Shown here in pieces: positions 11,671 to 23,316 of a stretch of DNA of 64,000 bases. The notes under the pieces are model-generated. The model had not been told where the DNA came from. It searched no databases and was given only the letters and a program-made list of their open reading frames with translations. The DNA lies in NCBI RefSeq assembly GCF_037042905.1, contig NC_087251.1, forward strand, positions 33,482,001 through 33,546,000, written 5' to 3'. A program made the translations under genes and the position numbers. Source of the DNA: Lytechinus pictus. Lineage: Eukaryota. Within the stretch, counting starts at the first letter, position 1. Each line of letters begins with the position of its first letter.

Positions 11671-14453
11671 CAGGAGTGTAACAGAACAGACACTTTAAGA
11701 AGAACTGCTACTCCGTTCAATGCTACAGGTGTCTAATGCAATGTTTTTTTTTTAATGAACACAAAAGATCTTGGAAGTGAAATTCTACACAGATGTTGGA
11801 AGGAACAATCGTTGGAATTGAAGGCATGGTTTTCAAATATTGGCTCAGATTTTCACCATTAAAAAATAACTTATGATGGATATTAAAATTTGAGACATAC
11901 AAATTGCTTTTTAAAAACTATGATTGAAAGGCTTACATCATTTCAAGGTAACAATTTCATTTTTTTTTTAAATCTAATGAGTACATAGCAACAGCTGTAA
12001 CAAGAACCAGAAGTTTATGTGGAGTAATATATGATATCACTTTCAAATAGTGACTGATTTTTTAGTTCTCAAACATAATTGTAGTCCCCTCACCACACTA
12101 TTTTCAAGAATCAGAATGAATTCATTTTCTAATAAAAAAGGTTATCCAACGAGTATATACCACTACAAGCATTTACCAAAAATGAAAATATGTTTGCATC
12201 GATTTCACATATTTATCGTCACTCAATATAGATTTGAATGTACCCATAAAAGCTTCAAAATTATGAAGGAAATTTCATTATATGTAGTCAAGCTTTATGC
12301 ATATGGAAGGGTCATGGTCTACAGGAGAACTACTCAAAAACTTTACCAATTTGGCAACAATACTATATTTTCATTATCCATGCAGTTTCGTTCTATTGAT
12401 TGAAAATGCAAATTGTGGGGGCAGTGTTGGGGGGGGGGGTGTCGACAAAATCTGGATCAGCCATACTCCTGTTGCTACAGTAACCAAATATGTTTGCCAC
12501 AGATGTTTCAAATATCACTTGAAAGCGCAGGTCCACCAGTCAACATCAAGTACATCTACTGAACTACGACCTTTCTCCATACCAACCAAGCTCAGGGAGA
12601 CTGAGACCAAAAAAAATGCAATATGGGGAAAAGTGGAGAGAGGGAATGATATAGATTTGTCCCCCCTCCAAAAGAAACTGGGGTGCCTTAGATTAAAGAT
12701 GATAGGAGGAAACAGACAACATGACATAAATTGGTAAAATATTGACGTTCATGCAGCATCTTCAATTATAGGAAGCCCACTATCCCCGTATCTGTGGGCA
12801 GTGTAGCATTGATTATTGCACGATTTCAGCCTGTTCGGTGGATCCGCCTTCTTCGATTGCAATTATATACCCTTGTATTGCAGCAGCATGCAGGCCAACC
12901 AATATGCATGGCTTTCTGCTCAATCATGAAATTGAGAATGCACCTATGTCCTTTCTGTGTACTATCTATCTATCTCTCTCTCTGTTTCTTCCTTGTAACT
13001 ATTTTTATTTTATCTGTCACCATAAGTTCCCCTTCACATTCTGCATTTATCCCTACTTCATGTATGAACATATTTGTTTCTCATCTTTACAGAATATTTT
13101 AGTCCATCACTAAATTCTGTTATTTTTTTACATCTCCTCGTCCCCCTCCGTTTTTCTATCTCTTAAGTCCATGCACCTGCATGTCTTTCCCACACTTCTT
13201 TTCTTCAAAATAGGTAAAATGTACGTTATCGTCTTGTCAATATTCAACGATTTATATATTTAAATTTCTTTCTTCTAAACAGCAAGTTGGAACAAACATT
13301 TACCTTTTTTGCCTGCATTAGCTTTATGCTACACACCACACTATGAACACTTGAAAACATACCCCTCCCCTTTTTCCTCCCCCCCTCTCCTATGCCCCTC
13401 TTCCTCTATCTTTACCCCCCCCCCTCTCCTTCTGCATCTCACTTTCTCTATTATTCAAATGCCATGTGCAACTCTTTTATTTTTTTCATTGGCTCAATTT
13501 CACAAGCTTTCTCTATTGCCTCTGGTGTGTTTTTGCAGACAGCGAATATATGCAGAATGCACTCCGTTTGAGCTCTGCCGCAGTGTATTTGTTTGTGCAG
13601 CCCCGAATTAAAATAAACCCCTCTTTTCTTATAGTTATAGTTTCTTTTTCATCTTCTTCTCCTATTTCTCTGAATGCAATATGGTTTAGATAAACAATGT
13701 GCACCACGAGCTAGTGCAGTGTTGATTAAATTCTACATTATTTTGATTTTTCTTGATGTTGGTTATTCCTTTTTGCAATTCAATGAGCTCATGTTGGCAG
13801 TGATAGGCCCATAGTTTGTTGTCGTCAACAAACTTGCCCTTTTGGTTCATCCAAAGCAGTTCATTCTACAACTAGATTTATTCAAATTGCTTATAGCTGG
13901 TTGGTCATCACTGCTTTCATTTCAACTAACTGCATGCTATTTAAAAACCAACTAATTATTCTTTTTTTTTCCTTTTCAAGGAGAACCAAGACTAAAATGG
14001 AATTTCACATATAACCAGAGCAGACTCACTTCCTGGTAAAATGACAGGCAACAATTCATTGCCTAACATGGCAGAATATGAACATTGTGACTCATACCGT
14101 TTTCGTAATTTTCCTTGTAAACTTCCTCATATATAGGATTTTTTCTTTCCAACTTTCTGATAAGAATACTTCACATTCCATCTTTTATTTACAAACCTCA
14201 AACACCTAATGTGAATTAGAAGTGCCCCTATCTTCAGTAAGTGACGCAGTTTGTGGCAAATGTGCAAACTTGCAATCGGGGGAAAATATTTCAGAAGTAT
14301 TTTCGTGTTCTAGGATAGTCTTCTCATTTCTAATGGGTTTGCTCCAGTTGGTCTACTCCTACTGATAAGTGGACATACATTGTCAGCTATTGATATTTGG
14401 CCTTATTGCTGTTTAGTCTTGGCACCAATTAACCTGATAACCACTACAACTAG

Positions 14454-14948
14454 TATGCTTTTCACACTGCATTTCCTTAACCCCATACTATCCTTAACCC
14501 CGGACTATCCTTAACCCCATACTATCTTTTTTTGATTCACACTGTCTTTCTTAACCCCGTACTATTGCTTAGCCGGGGTTAACGCCTTAAACCCGGGCAA
14601 TCACACAGCTCATAAATATTGATGATTTTACCATACAGAGCGCGATTAACGTGTAATTTCAACTTCTGTGATTGGCTAATGCTTAGCCCCGCTTTTGCTT
14701 AGCCCTGTTTCGTTTCACACTGCATCTCTTAGCACCGCAATTGTGGTGCTAGCACCACAATAAGCCGGCTAACCCTGCTTTTTTGCAGGGCCAGATAGTA
14801 CCGTACTATTTACCGTGCTAGCCCACTTTGCTAAAACGTAGTGTGAAAACGAAGTGGGCTAAGCTTAACCCCGGGAAATTGGTGGGGCTAAGACCCCCCC
14901 CCCTTAGCCCCACCAATTTAGGACAAAAAGTGCAGTGTGAAAAGCATA
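14454..14948. mobile_element. 495-bp MITE with perfect 18-bp TIRs (PIF/Harbinger-like)
   Basis: TIRs TATGCTTTTCACACTGCA (14454-14471) / TGCAGTGTGAAAAGCATA (14931-14948), flanked by TAG/TAA. The interior has CTTA(A/G)CCC repeats. Confidence 0.92.
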
Positions 14949-15214
14949 TAAGAGTCATTCGGTCTAATCATAACATGGTCTAAATGATTCATTTTTCTAC
15001 TTCATCGAATAATAGGCTGATATGGGTATCTTCCAATAGGATAGATCGAGCAGAATTTCACCACATTCATATTAGTCAAATGGGCATTTGTGAGCTGGTA
15101 ATAAGGCAAAATAGTTAATAGACTAACCTTAGCCCCCCCCCCCCTTATAGTTAAGACCACTGTACACCTTACGCTTGGTCTGTGACCAATTGCGATTCGA
15201 ATATCCAAGTCCTT

Positions 15215-15293
15215 TGGAAGCGCATAGAGACATTATTCATAATGTGATATGCGCTATACAAGAACTGTAGGCCTATATTATTATCATTATTAA
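15215..15293 (+). mobile_element. 3' tail of an L2/CR1-type LINE or partner SINE
   Basis: Stem AGCGCATA...TATGCGCT followed by ATACAAGAA and a (TTA)n-like tail, the usual L2-clade 3' end layout. Confidence 0.65.
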
Positions 15294-15664
15294 TATTGAG
15301 ACATGGATCATATTACTGTGCAAGGTTCTAAACCTGTGACAATGCTACAATCCATGTTAGAATAAAAGCAAATTGAATATCTAGTCATAGTGACATCATA
15401 GCAATCTTTCGATTGGCTACGATTTGAAACCAATTTGGCTTTTACTCCAAAATAAAGGCCTGCAATCAACCAAATTAATAGATCATGATTTTTGCAGCAA
15501 ATTTAAACCTCGAAAAAGAAGATACTCTTTATTCACATTTTCAGAAAATAAGCAAAGTGTGATTTGTTCCAAATTTTATTGTGGACCAGTCGTAAGGTGT
15601 GCGGAGGTCTTGAGGAATTAGCAAAAACGTTATGCCGACGTAAAAACCCTTTAGCTAGACTTAC

Positions 15665-15909
15665 GTTCAGGCTTCATGCCTACATCAAGGCATTTCTGGA
15701 GTCTGCAGGCCGGGCAATGCCGCCTGGTGTATAGGTCCATTACACAGTTGCCATTGGCTTCACATGTAAATTTGGCCTTGCTCTTGATCTTACGACCGAA
15801 GAAACTTTTACAGCTCTCGCACGAGACCACCGTGTAGTGCAGGCCGCTTGCCTTGTCGCCACACACCAGGCATTTCTGCTTGGAGTAGTCAACCGACATC
15901 TTCTCGAAC
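15665..15909 (-). CDS. Internal coding exon of a nuclear hormone receptor: complete C4 double zinc-finger DNA-binding domain, NR1 subfamily, NR1H (FXR/LXR/EcR)-like
   Basis: Translation FEKMSVDYSKQKCLVCGDKASGLHYTVVSCESCKSFFGRKIKSKAKFTCEANGNCVMDLYTRRHCPACRLQKCLDVGMKPE has the exact C-x2-C-x13-C-x2-C-x15-C-x5-C-x9-C-x2-C-x4-C-x3-GM spacing. The second finger (GNCVMDLYTRR) resembles FXR GNCVMDMYMRR. The minus-strand acceptor is gtcttctctattttcatccag|G and the donor is GAAC|gtaagt (phase 1, just after GMxxE). A possible start ATG lies at 15899-15897. Confidence 0.96.
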
Positions 15910-17469
15910 CTGGATGAAAATAGAGAAGACAAAACAAACGAGGTTGGTTAATATGAATATAATTAGTTGTGGAAAATAAGGATACACATATTTGATTCAT
16001 AGGCAAGGCTGTAATGAACTCCTCCAATTTAGTAAAACACATACATTGAGAGGATAGAAATATAAGGGGACTATCATCGATATCACAATTGGCTTAAAGA
16101 AAGAGATAATTTAAGATGTGTACTGCAAAACCAATGTCAAGTTCATGATTTACCTGCATCTACATATAAATTCATGTCTTACAACTCATTTAGTGTAAAA
16201 TTGGTTTAATTTCTTCAACGAAACTTGTGATTACAGAAGAGGAAGAAATGTCGGATTGATAGAGTTAAAGAATACATGTATTCAGTTTAATTATCTTATG
16301 AATAGTTCTAATCTATAACTGACAAAATCAAAGGAGATAGACAAATATGAATAACCACAATATTCACTCCTGAGACGCAAGGGGGCATTGACTCAAATCC
16401 TTCTAATTCTGTTAAGGTCCTTATGGCACAAAAGTAGATGGCTATACTCAGACAGTGTAGGTTATGAACCTTTTACACATCACAAGCCACTCATGGGCCA
16501 AAGACGGAGAAAAAAAAGAAAGAATAATGTCACACCAGTCCATTCCTCCATCCCCAAATCTTTAGATGGGCATTTTCGGCATTTCTATTTCATCAAATTA
16601 AAGCCCAATCTAGCTTAATACACTGGTCAGGAAGTCCAGATCTCCCGCTGCATTTGCTGTTTTTAAAAGCTACATCAATACAGTCTCCTTCCAAAATATG
16701 AGCAGTGGGTTGGGGGAGGAAAAGAAAAGTAGAGCAATAAATTTCTTGTTAGAGTGGATGTCTGCAGGTAAGTGCACGCCATGGGTTTGACGGGTAGACT
16801 CCATGATGTGGACGGAGATAAGTAATGTACTCGTCTTTTTCTGGATATGCTTCTGTATGACGTGTCTGAATGTGTCTTGAATGTTGATCACATTTTAATG
16901 CAGATGCATACATTATCAGTACCATTATATCTTATATTTGCTGCAAATACATTCCCATGGAAAAATCTTGAGATGGGCTGACAGAACTGCGAGGTTCTGA
17001 ATTCATAATGTACTCCCAAAATTTACACCCTTCTACCTATTTTCATTTTTTTTAATGGTAAATACTATAAAATTTCCCCAGATTTTTGTTTCTAATTCTC
17101 AAATCTTGAAGTCTTTGTCTTCGGTGAAGACTGTTTCTTTCCATTCTTCATCCTCATTCACATCTCCCTTTTTATCTCCTTTATGTTGTCCATTCAAATT
17201 CATACCTCACTCCAAAAAAGAATGCATTATTAATCTTTCACTTTGACCCTCCACCTTCCTCCAGTCATTTTATCAGCTCTCTCCTAGACATAATATGCTG
17301 TGCAAACCCTTCACTCGAGTAAAGGGTCTGAATTGCAGCCTACTCATGACTTGTGTCCTGACGTCCCGAATTGAAACAGCAAGTTTTGTATGTGCTAGTC
17401 TTTGCGTGGAGACACACTTGTTGATCAAAGTTTCAATCAGGGTCTGTGCCTGCAGACTATCCTAGACCT

Positions 17470-17950
17470 TCCCCACTCCCATTCCTCTTCTTCAAACCCC
17501 TCTCCTCAGTACCCATTACCCCTCTCCCACTCCCCATCCTTTCAACACCCTCACCTCACCCCCCATTACCACTCTCCATCTCCTCAAGCCTCTTATTAAT
17601 GCCCCTCTCCCACTCTCCATCCTCTTCCTAACACCCCTTTCCCTAGCCCCGCTCTTCCCATTCCCCTCTCCCCATTACCCCTCTCCCACTCCCCATCCTC
17701 TTAACACCCCTCTTCTTTGCCCTGATTACCACTCTCCATCTCCCCCATCATTTTAAATACCCTTTGCCTTAGCTCCTATTACCCCTCTCCCACTCCCCAT
17801 CCTCCTCTGAGCACCCCACTCCCACTCCCATCTTGTTCTTAACACCCCTTTCCTCAGCCCCCTCCCCCCCTCTCACCATTCTCCCACTCCCAATCCTCTT
17901 CTCAACACCCCTCTCCTTCCCCTCTTCCTCCCCCTCTATTACCCCCATTT
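17470..17950 (+). repeat. C-rich degenerate minisatellite
   Basis: Recurrent ATTACCCCTCTCCCACTCCCCATCCTC...AACACCCC units; the + strand is nearly devoid of G. Confidence 0.85.
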
Positions 17951-19389
17951 CCTGTATGCCTGCATAATGCTGCTGCAGTGATCATATCCAAATGTCATAT
18001 TGACAAACGAATGATTCTTGTTTTGGTCAGGAACACACGATTGTAACCTTTCGCTTTTAACCGAGAGCAGCTTCGCATCTGCTTTGTGCCGATATATATA
18101 ACAAGTAGCGTGTTTAGCGGTCTTGTATTGAAAAGGAAAGTAAAATGTCTCTCTCTTGGCTAGCACTCAACAATACACGACCATCATCTTACCAACACGC
18201 TAGCCTATACAGTTTGTTCTCTCATTTCATAATTTCAATGTATACCCAAATCAGTCAGTGTATTTGGCAATTAGAATCAGTCTGATTAATTTCAAGTTCA
18301 AGAGAACAATTTTTATTGTTAGGCTAATTATCTGATAGTTCGTGAGACTTATAACAAGCATTTATAAATATGACATTCAATCAACAGGTCTCTTTGATCT
18401 TAGAAAGCAGACTACTGTTACTAACAAAGCGACTAAAGGACCAATGGCTTTCAATCCTATCTGAGGGGCTTGATATTTTGACCTATGACCACATTCACAG
18501 TTATGGGTCACATAGGCAACACAGAATATGCAAACTATGGTGGTACCTAGGATCATGTTTGGCTTTCTAAGCAGATCTGCAGGGCAATATTTTGTGTCAA
18601 ATTCTTGTGAAACCCAAGCCGATAAAATCCATCTTGACTGTTACTCAAATGCAATGTAGACATAACCATCTATTGTATTGCACCTGCAATAATATACCCC
18701 ATAATGGACTTGCAAAGACATAGAAAAAGAAAATGAAGTGAAAAAATCTGTTATTGTAGACTTTGGCACCTAATTGCGAAATACAATCTGGTTGAAAGTC
18801 CATTAATAAGCAGGCTGAGGTTGCTACTATTGGAGTACGGTGTCTTTAAAAGAACAGTTGGGGAAAGAAAACAGAAGGGTGACAAAACCAAAGGTTAGGG
18901 ATTGGAAGAATGCCGGTGTGAGGCTGAATGTTTGTCAATGAAGATTTCCCAGCAATCCTTCCTACACAAACGCACAATGTTGCTTACCAAATGAACATGC
19001 ACAACAGACCTGAATTATCTAAATGTAAGGCAAAAATATGAGAAGAACATTAAAAGACGCTAAGAAAAACATCCCTTTGCCCACAAGATTAGATTCCATT
19101 CAGCTGGTACTTTATGAACACGTGAAATGCAGAACAGAGGTGTGAAATGAGGGCTAACCACTTTTTAAAGTGCCAACTGGCAGTCAAAAAAAAAAGAATA
19201 AAGAGAAAAGAGGGAAGAAGATAGAAAGGGAATTTGTTGATATGGCCTACTGTGTCAAAAACTGCAACAAAAGAGAGCCTATTTTACACATGGATGGATG
19301 AATAAACCGAGTTTTCTTTTCTTTGGAAGCGAGCGAGCTGTGCGGTGCTATCGTCTGCCTCGGATTGCATTGAGAGAAGCTCTACTCAC

Positions 19390-19413
19390 GCAAGTAGAGC
19401 ATGTATAGTCACA
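19390..19413 (-). other. Candidate 24-nt microexon (or 3' end of a 5' exon) of the nuclear receptor gene
   Basis: Minus strand reads tgtttctttctctacag|TGTGACTATACATGCTCTACTTGC|gtgagt: strong acceptor, consensus donor, length divisible by 3. Confidence 0.4.
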
Positions 19414-19891
19414 CTGTAGAGAAAGAAACACTTGCAGACAAGCGCTAGCAACCCTGCATGCACGCCAACCAAGCAATGTTATTCTTTGGTCACAGAAGTC
19501 ATGGCACTTTATTCGCTGCAGATCAAGAAAGCGGAATCGAAGACATGATTCCGGATGATAGATCCTCGATCTTGGTGCATATGTTGCTTCATTCTTGATG
19601 AGGTATTGACGTTCAGTCAATGTTTGATCATGTGTATTTTTGAAGAACAACATGCAAGGCTCAAAGTCGAGCGGGAGGGGGAAAGGCAGGCAAAGCGGGT
19701 CGGGGGAAGTCAGTGGGGATGGAGGAGGGTGAGGGGGGATGATGTGATGCTTGCAGCTAAGACAGCAGACTTTCATAGCGATACAGGAATGGATATTGGG
19801 TCTACTGGAAAGCAAAACCAGCCAGCCAAGGTAGGGGAATCAAAGATGGCAGCTGCCCAGTGGGGCACGACCATAATTGTACGGTGACACG

Positions 19892-19905
19892 GCGCCCCCT
19901 GCTGT
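19892..19905 (-). promoter_or_regulatory. CTCF-like motif
   Basis: Minus strand ACAGCAGGGGGCGC, one mismatch to CCAGCAGGGGGCGC. Confidence 0.35.
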
Positions 19906-22900
19906 TGAGACGATACTCAATGACACGGACACCCCCAAAACTCCCGCTCACGGGGTTTATGCACTTTAGGGATATTCCAGCAAAGTAAATATGTATTTAG
20001 AGAAAAAAAAAATCACGCATGAGCTATGCCCGTCATGCCCCTGTGTGACAGAAAGAGAGAAGATTGTGTGAGACCACACCGGTCCTGGGAGAGAGAATAA
20101 AAACCCTACAATGTCAGAATGTCATCAAGTTTTTTTCTTTTGAATGGTTATCAAATGGATGAAATATCTGCAGGAGAATAGTTGATGACATGCAGATGTT
20201 ATTACTATTGATCAATTAGAAGGTGCTTCACAGTCAGGGGTACACATTCATCATAAGTAGAAAGGTAATGATGTCAGACTTGAAGAAAAAATGTTGCAGC
20301 ACTACGTAACAACCACCAGTCATCATAGGTCTATCTCATGAACTTTTCTCAACAACTAGGCTACATGTTTGTTTGCATCATGTATAAATGTAGGCCTGTA
20401 CACAAATGATTTTTTATACAAAATTCTAGTATCCTTTCTCAATAACCTTAAATAGCGGGAAGGGGATAAAAACAATATCGGAAAATGGTTGAATCAACCT
20501 TGTCTTGAACACAGTTTTCACCAAAGATCAATTCTCCGAACAGTACCAATAGGCCTACATACAAGAATGGTCAATGAAGTCATTACAAATGCCAGATTTG
20601 GTAAAGGGGAAAGAGAGATAGTTCAAATTCCCACAATGATCCATACTTTGATTAAAAGTATAATCAGATGAAATTCATTTCATAATTAAATGGGTATAAA
20701 AGACAGAGATATCTATCTCTGGCTATTAATTCATCAGGCCTATCCTATTAACAATCAAGATTAGGAGTTTAATAGTCTGGTCAAACAACTTCACCGACTT
20801 CATTCCCCCCAAACGATGAAAAAAATGGCTCTTTGGAGTTCTCTGCACCCTATAAATACTGTTGTCATGGACACCTATTTAGAAGGGAAATAATATATTT
20901 AGGGGAGATTATTGTTTGTGAGTAACCTTCTGGCAACAAAAGAAACTAGGTCTCCACTACTCAAATGAAAGATGTGGAATGCCACGGAATTGAATAGATT
21001 AAAAAGAAGAGAAGGCAACGTCTATGCAGCTAGTTACTTATCAAAACATTACATATAATAAAATCAAATCCACCTCTTTAGGGGAAAGCTTGAGAGGTGA
21101 AAATTACAGAATGAAAAAAAAAGAGCCCTTGAAATGAGGCAGGGGGAAAATGGCGAGGGAGGGTACAATGGAACGAAGGAAAGGAAAAAAATTGCTACGG
21201 GGCATTTACAGCTTAGAAGGGCCAAGCTTTTTTTTTCTGGGTCTTTTGAAAGAGTTTGTGAGAGAGAGGGAGAATGGGGAGAAGGAGAGAGGGTAAAAGG
21301 GGTAAAGTATCTATGGAGGGAATTAAAAACTATAATACAATGACTTGTTATTGTTGTTTAGAAAAACATACTTTTATTCCAAGTTGCAACCCTGAGAGAG
21401 AAAGCAGGCTGTCAAAACAACAATCTGAATCAAGGACTCAAAAGTGCAACACCTTTTCATTCTTCAAAACCCCCTTCCTTCTCTCAAATCAGAAACTTGA
21501 ATTTAAAAAAAATCCAATCCTTTGCACCACTGCAAGGCTTGAATGAAGTACACTTTACCTTTAAAAGGTTTTCACCTTGCTTTTCATACTTTCTTTTATA
21601 ACACACACTAATTCATCAAAGTCAAAGACAAGTTCCTCTTAAAGTTATCCAACACTACACACAGACCGTTTGGAATATCGTCCTAAACTTGAATTCCCCC
21701 ATCCCCAAAAGTAAATTTTAAATAAAATAAGTTTTTGTACGGGGAATAGTAGGTACTGACATGACTTAGTAATGCTATTCTCAAAGCGGTGAGCTAGTTT
21801 CATGATAAATGTATAACTAAAGCATTTCATTTATTTATTCATTTATTTATTTTTAGCTTTGTTTCCCTTCCTGCTTTCTTCAAAGAAAGCAGGATGTAGA
21901 AATCCTCCCTGAGATCTTTCCTTTCTCACGCCATTTGAATCTAATCATTTCATTAACAAAGCAAAGCAGTTTCTGAAACACTACAGAAACTAATACACCA
22001 GTCACACCAACGATACCAAGCCAAGCTATTACATTACTATCTTTAGCATATCAACAATTGTTTTTGAGCTGGTTATACCAGTGTGACTGAGGCACAACAT
22101 ATCCCTTTTCTCCCTTTCACTTACCGTTATCCAATGATGATTATGAATAGTGAATGCAAAATGAATGCAGTTTAATAGGACTTAAAACGCAATGGACGGA
22201 ACCCATTATGCAAAGTACAAGAGGGATACAAATTAGAAGCAGTGTGTAACCGTCATGAGGATTGGAAATTCAAATCAAGATGTAATTGCAGTCTTTATGA
22301 AAATATAAAGGCCATGATCTTGGGAATTAAAACCAAATTAAGAGCTATCAGGACAATTTATGGAATGAATTACATTTTGTCAACAAATAATACACTCTGT
22401 TGTCCATCTGGAAAACTCTAATTGCGTAATTTGCCACCACATGAAAATCAGAGATTTTAAGCCCCCTTGAGGTTGTTTGAGCCATCAAACATTAGCCGTC
22501 TTTACCCATAGTCCCACACCTAATCTATCATGTTGGTGAAAAAAAATAAAGCGACTGAAAGAAAACTGTACTTTTCTTTTAGAAATCAGATTTCTGTGTT
22601 CTAAGACTCCCTTTGACAAATTGCTCTGCCTCTCAATAAGACTCTTTAATAATTCATTTTAATGTTGATTTAATTTTGAGATTCTCAATCATTATAATTT
22701 AATTTCTTATTCATTCACAACTCCATCAGAAATTTCCACTGGTGCGAGAGATCTCAAGATTTGAAATAGTACATATGAGTTTAATAAATTGAAAAATATA
22801 AAAACTTCTACAAACAGATCACTCACATGGAAAAAACTGCATTCAAAAGGTAAAAAAAAACATGAGGCAAAAAATATCAAGTCATCATTTTACACATCAT

Positions 22901-23155
22901 ATTATTTCCTACCTTTTCTGATCCATGTAAACTTGATCTTCAATAAAATATGGCATGACACACTTTTCACTTTTGCTATTTCTACATATTTTTTTTTGAA
23001 GGGGGGAGGTGGATGGGATATCACCAATATGCAGAAATAAAAACGGAATACAACTCTATTTGAATTCCTTGAAAACTTCATACCAATTTTGTTCTTTTAT
23101 TTGAAGAAACTTAAAAGGGGGGAAAGAAGCTCTCCAAAAATACTTGTATTTTCAC

Positions 23156-23316
23156 TGTCTGCTCTCAAAGTCGCTGAGTGTCTCATTCAAAGAGCAAGTC
23201 GACGAGGATCTAGTCTTTGCCGATGCCGCAGACAACGTAGGACCATGTACATCCCTGTCCTCGTTCAGGCGAGACATCTTCAGCCCACGGCTTGCATAAT
23301 TGTTCCAATATTTCAT
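23156..23316 (-). other. Candidate upstream (A/B-domain) exon of the nuclear receptor
   Basis: Ser-rich frame MSRLNEDRDVHGPTLSAASAKTRSSSTCSLNETLSDFESR ends at a weak donor CA|gtgaaa. This donor is phase 2, compatible with the DBD exon start. No homology evidence. Confidence 0.2.

Noticed and set aside
15651..15932. The 93-aa ORF as a complete single-exon protein
   Set aside because: Its ends (MSSLFSS, RKSS-stop) run through a polypyrimidine acceptor and a GTAAGT donor, so it is an exon rather than a whole gene.
16809..16830. TGGACGGAGA, matching the 5' end of miR-184
   Set aside because: Only 10 nt match and I could see no precursor hairpin.
19348..19887. 155-aa and 110-aa overlapping ORFs
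   Set aside because: No recognisable domain; explained by locally higher GC.
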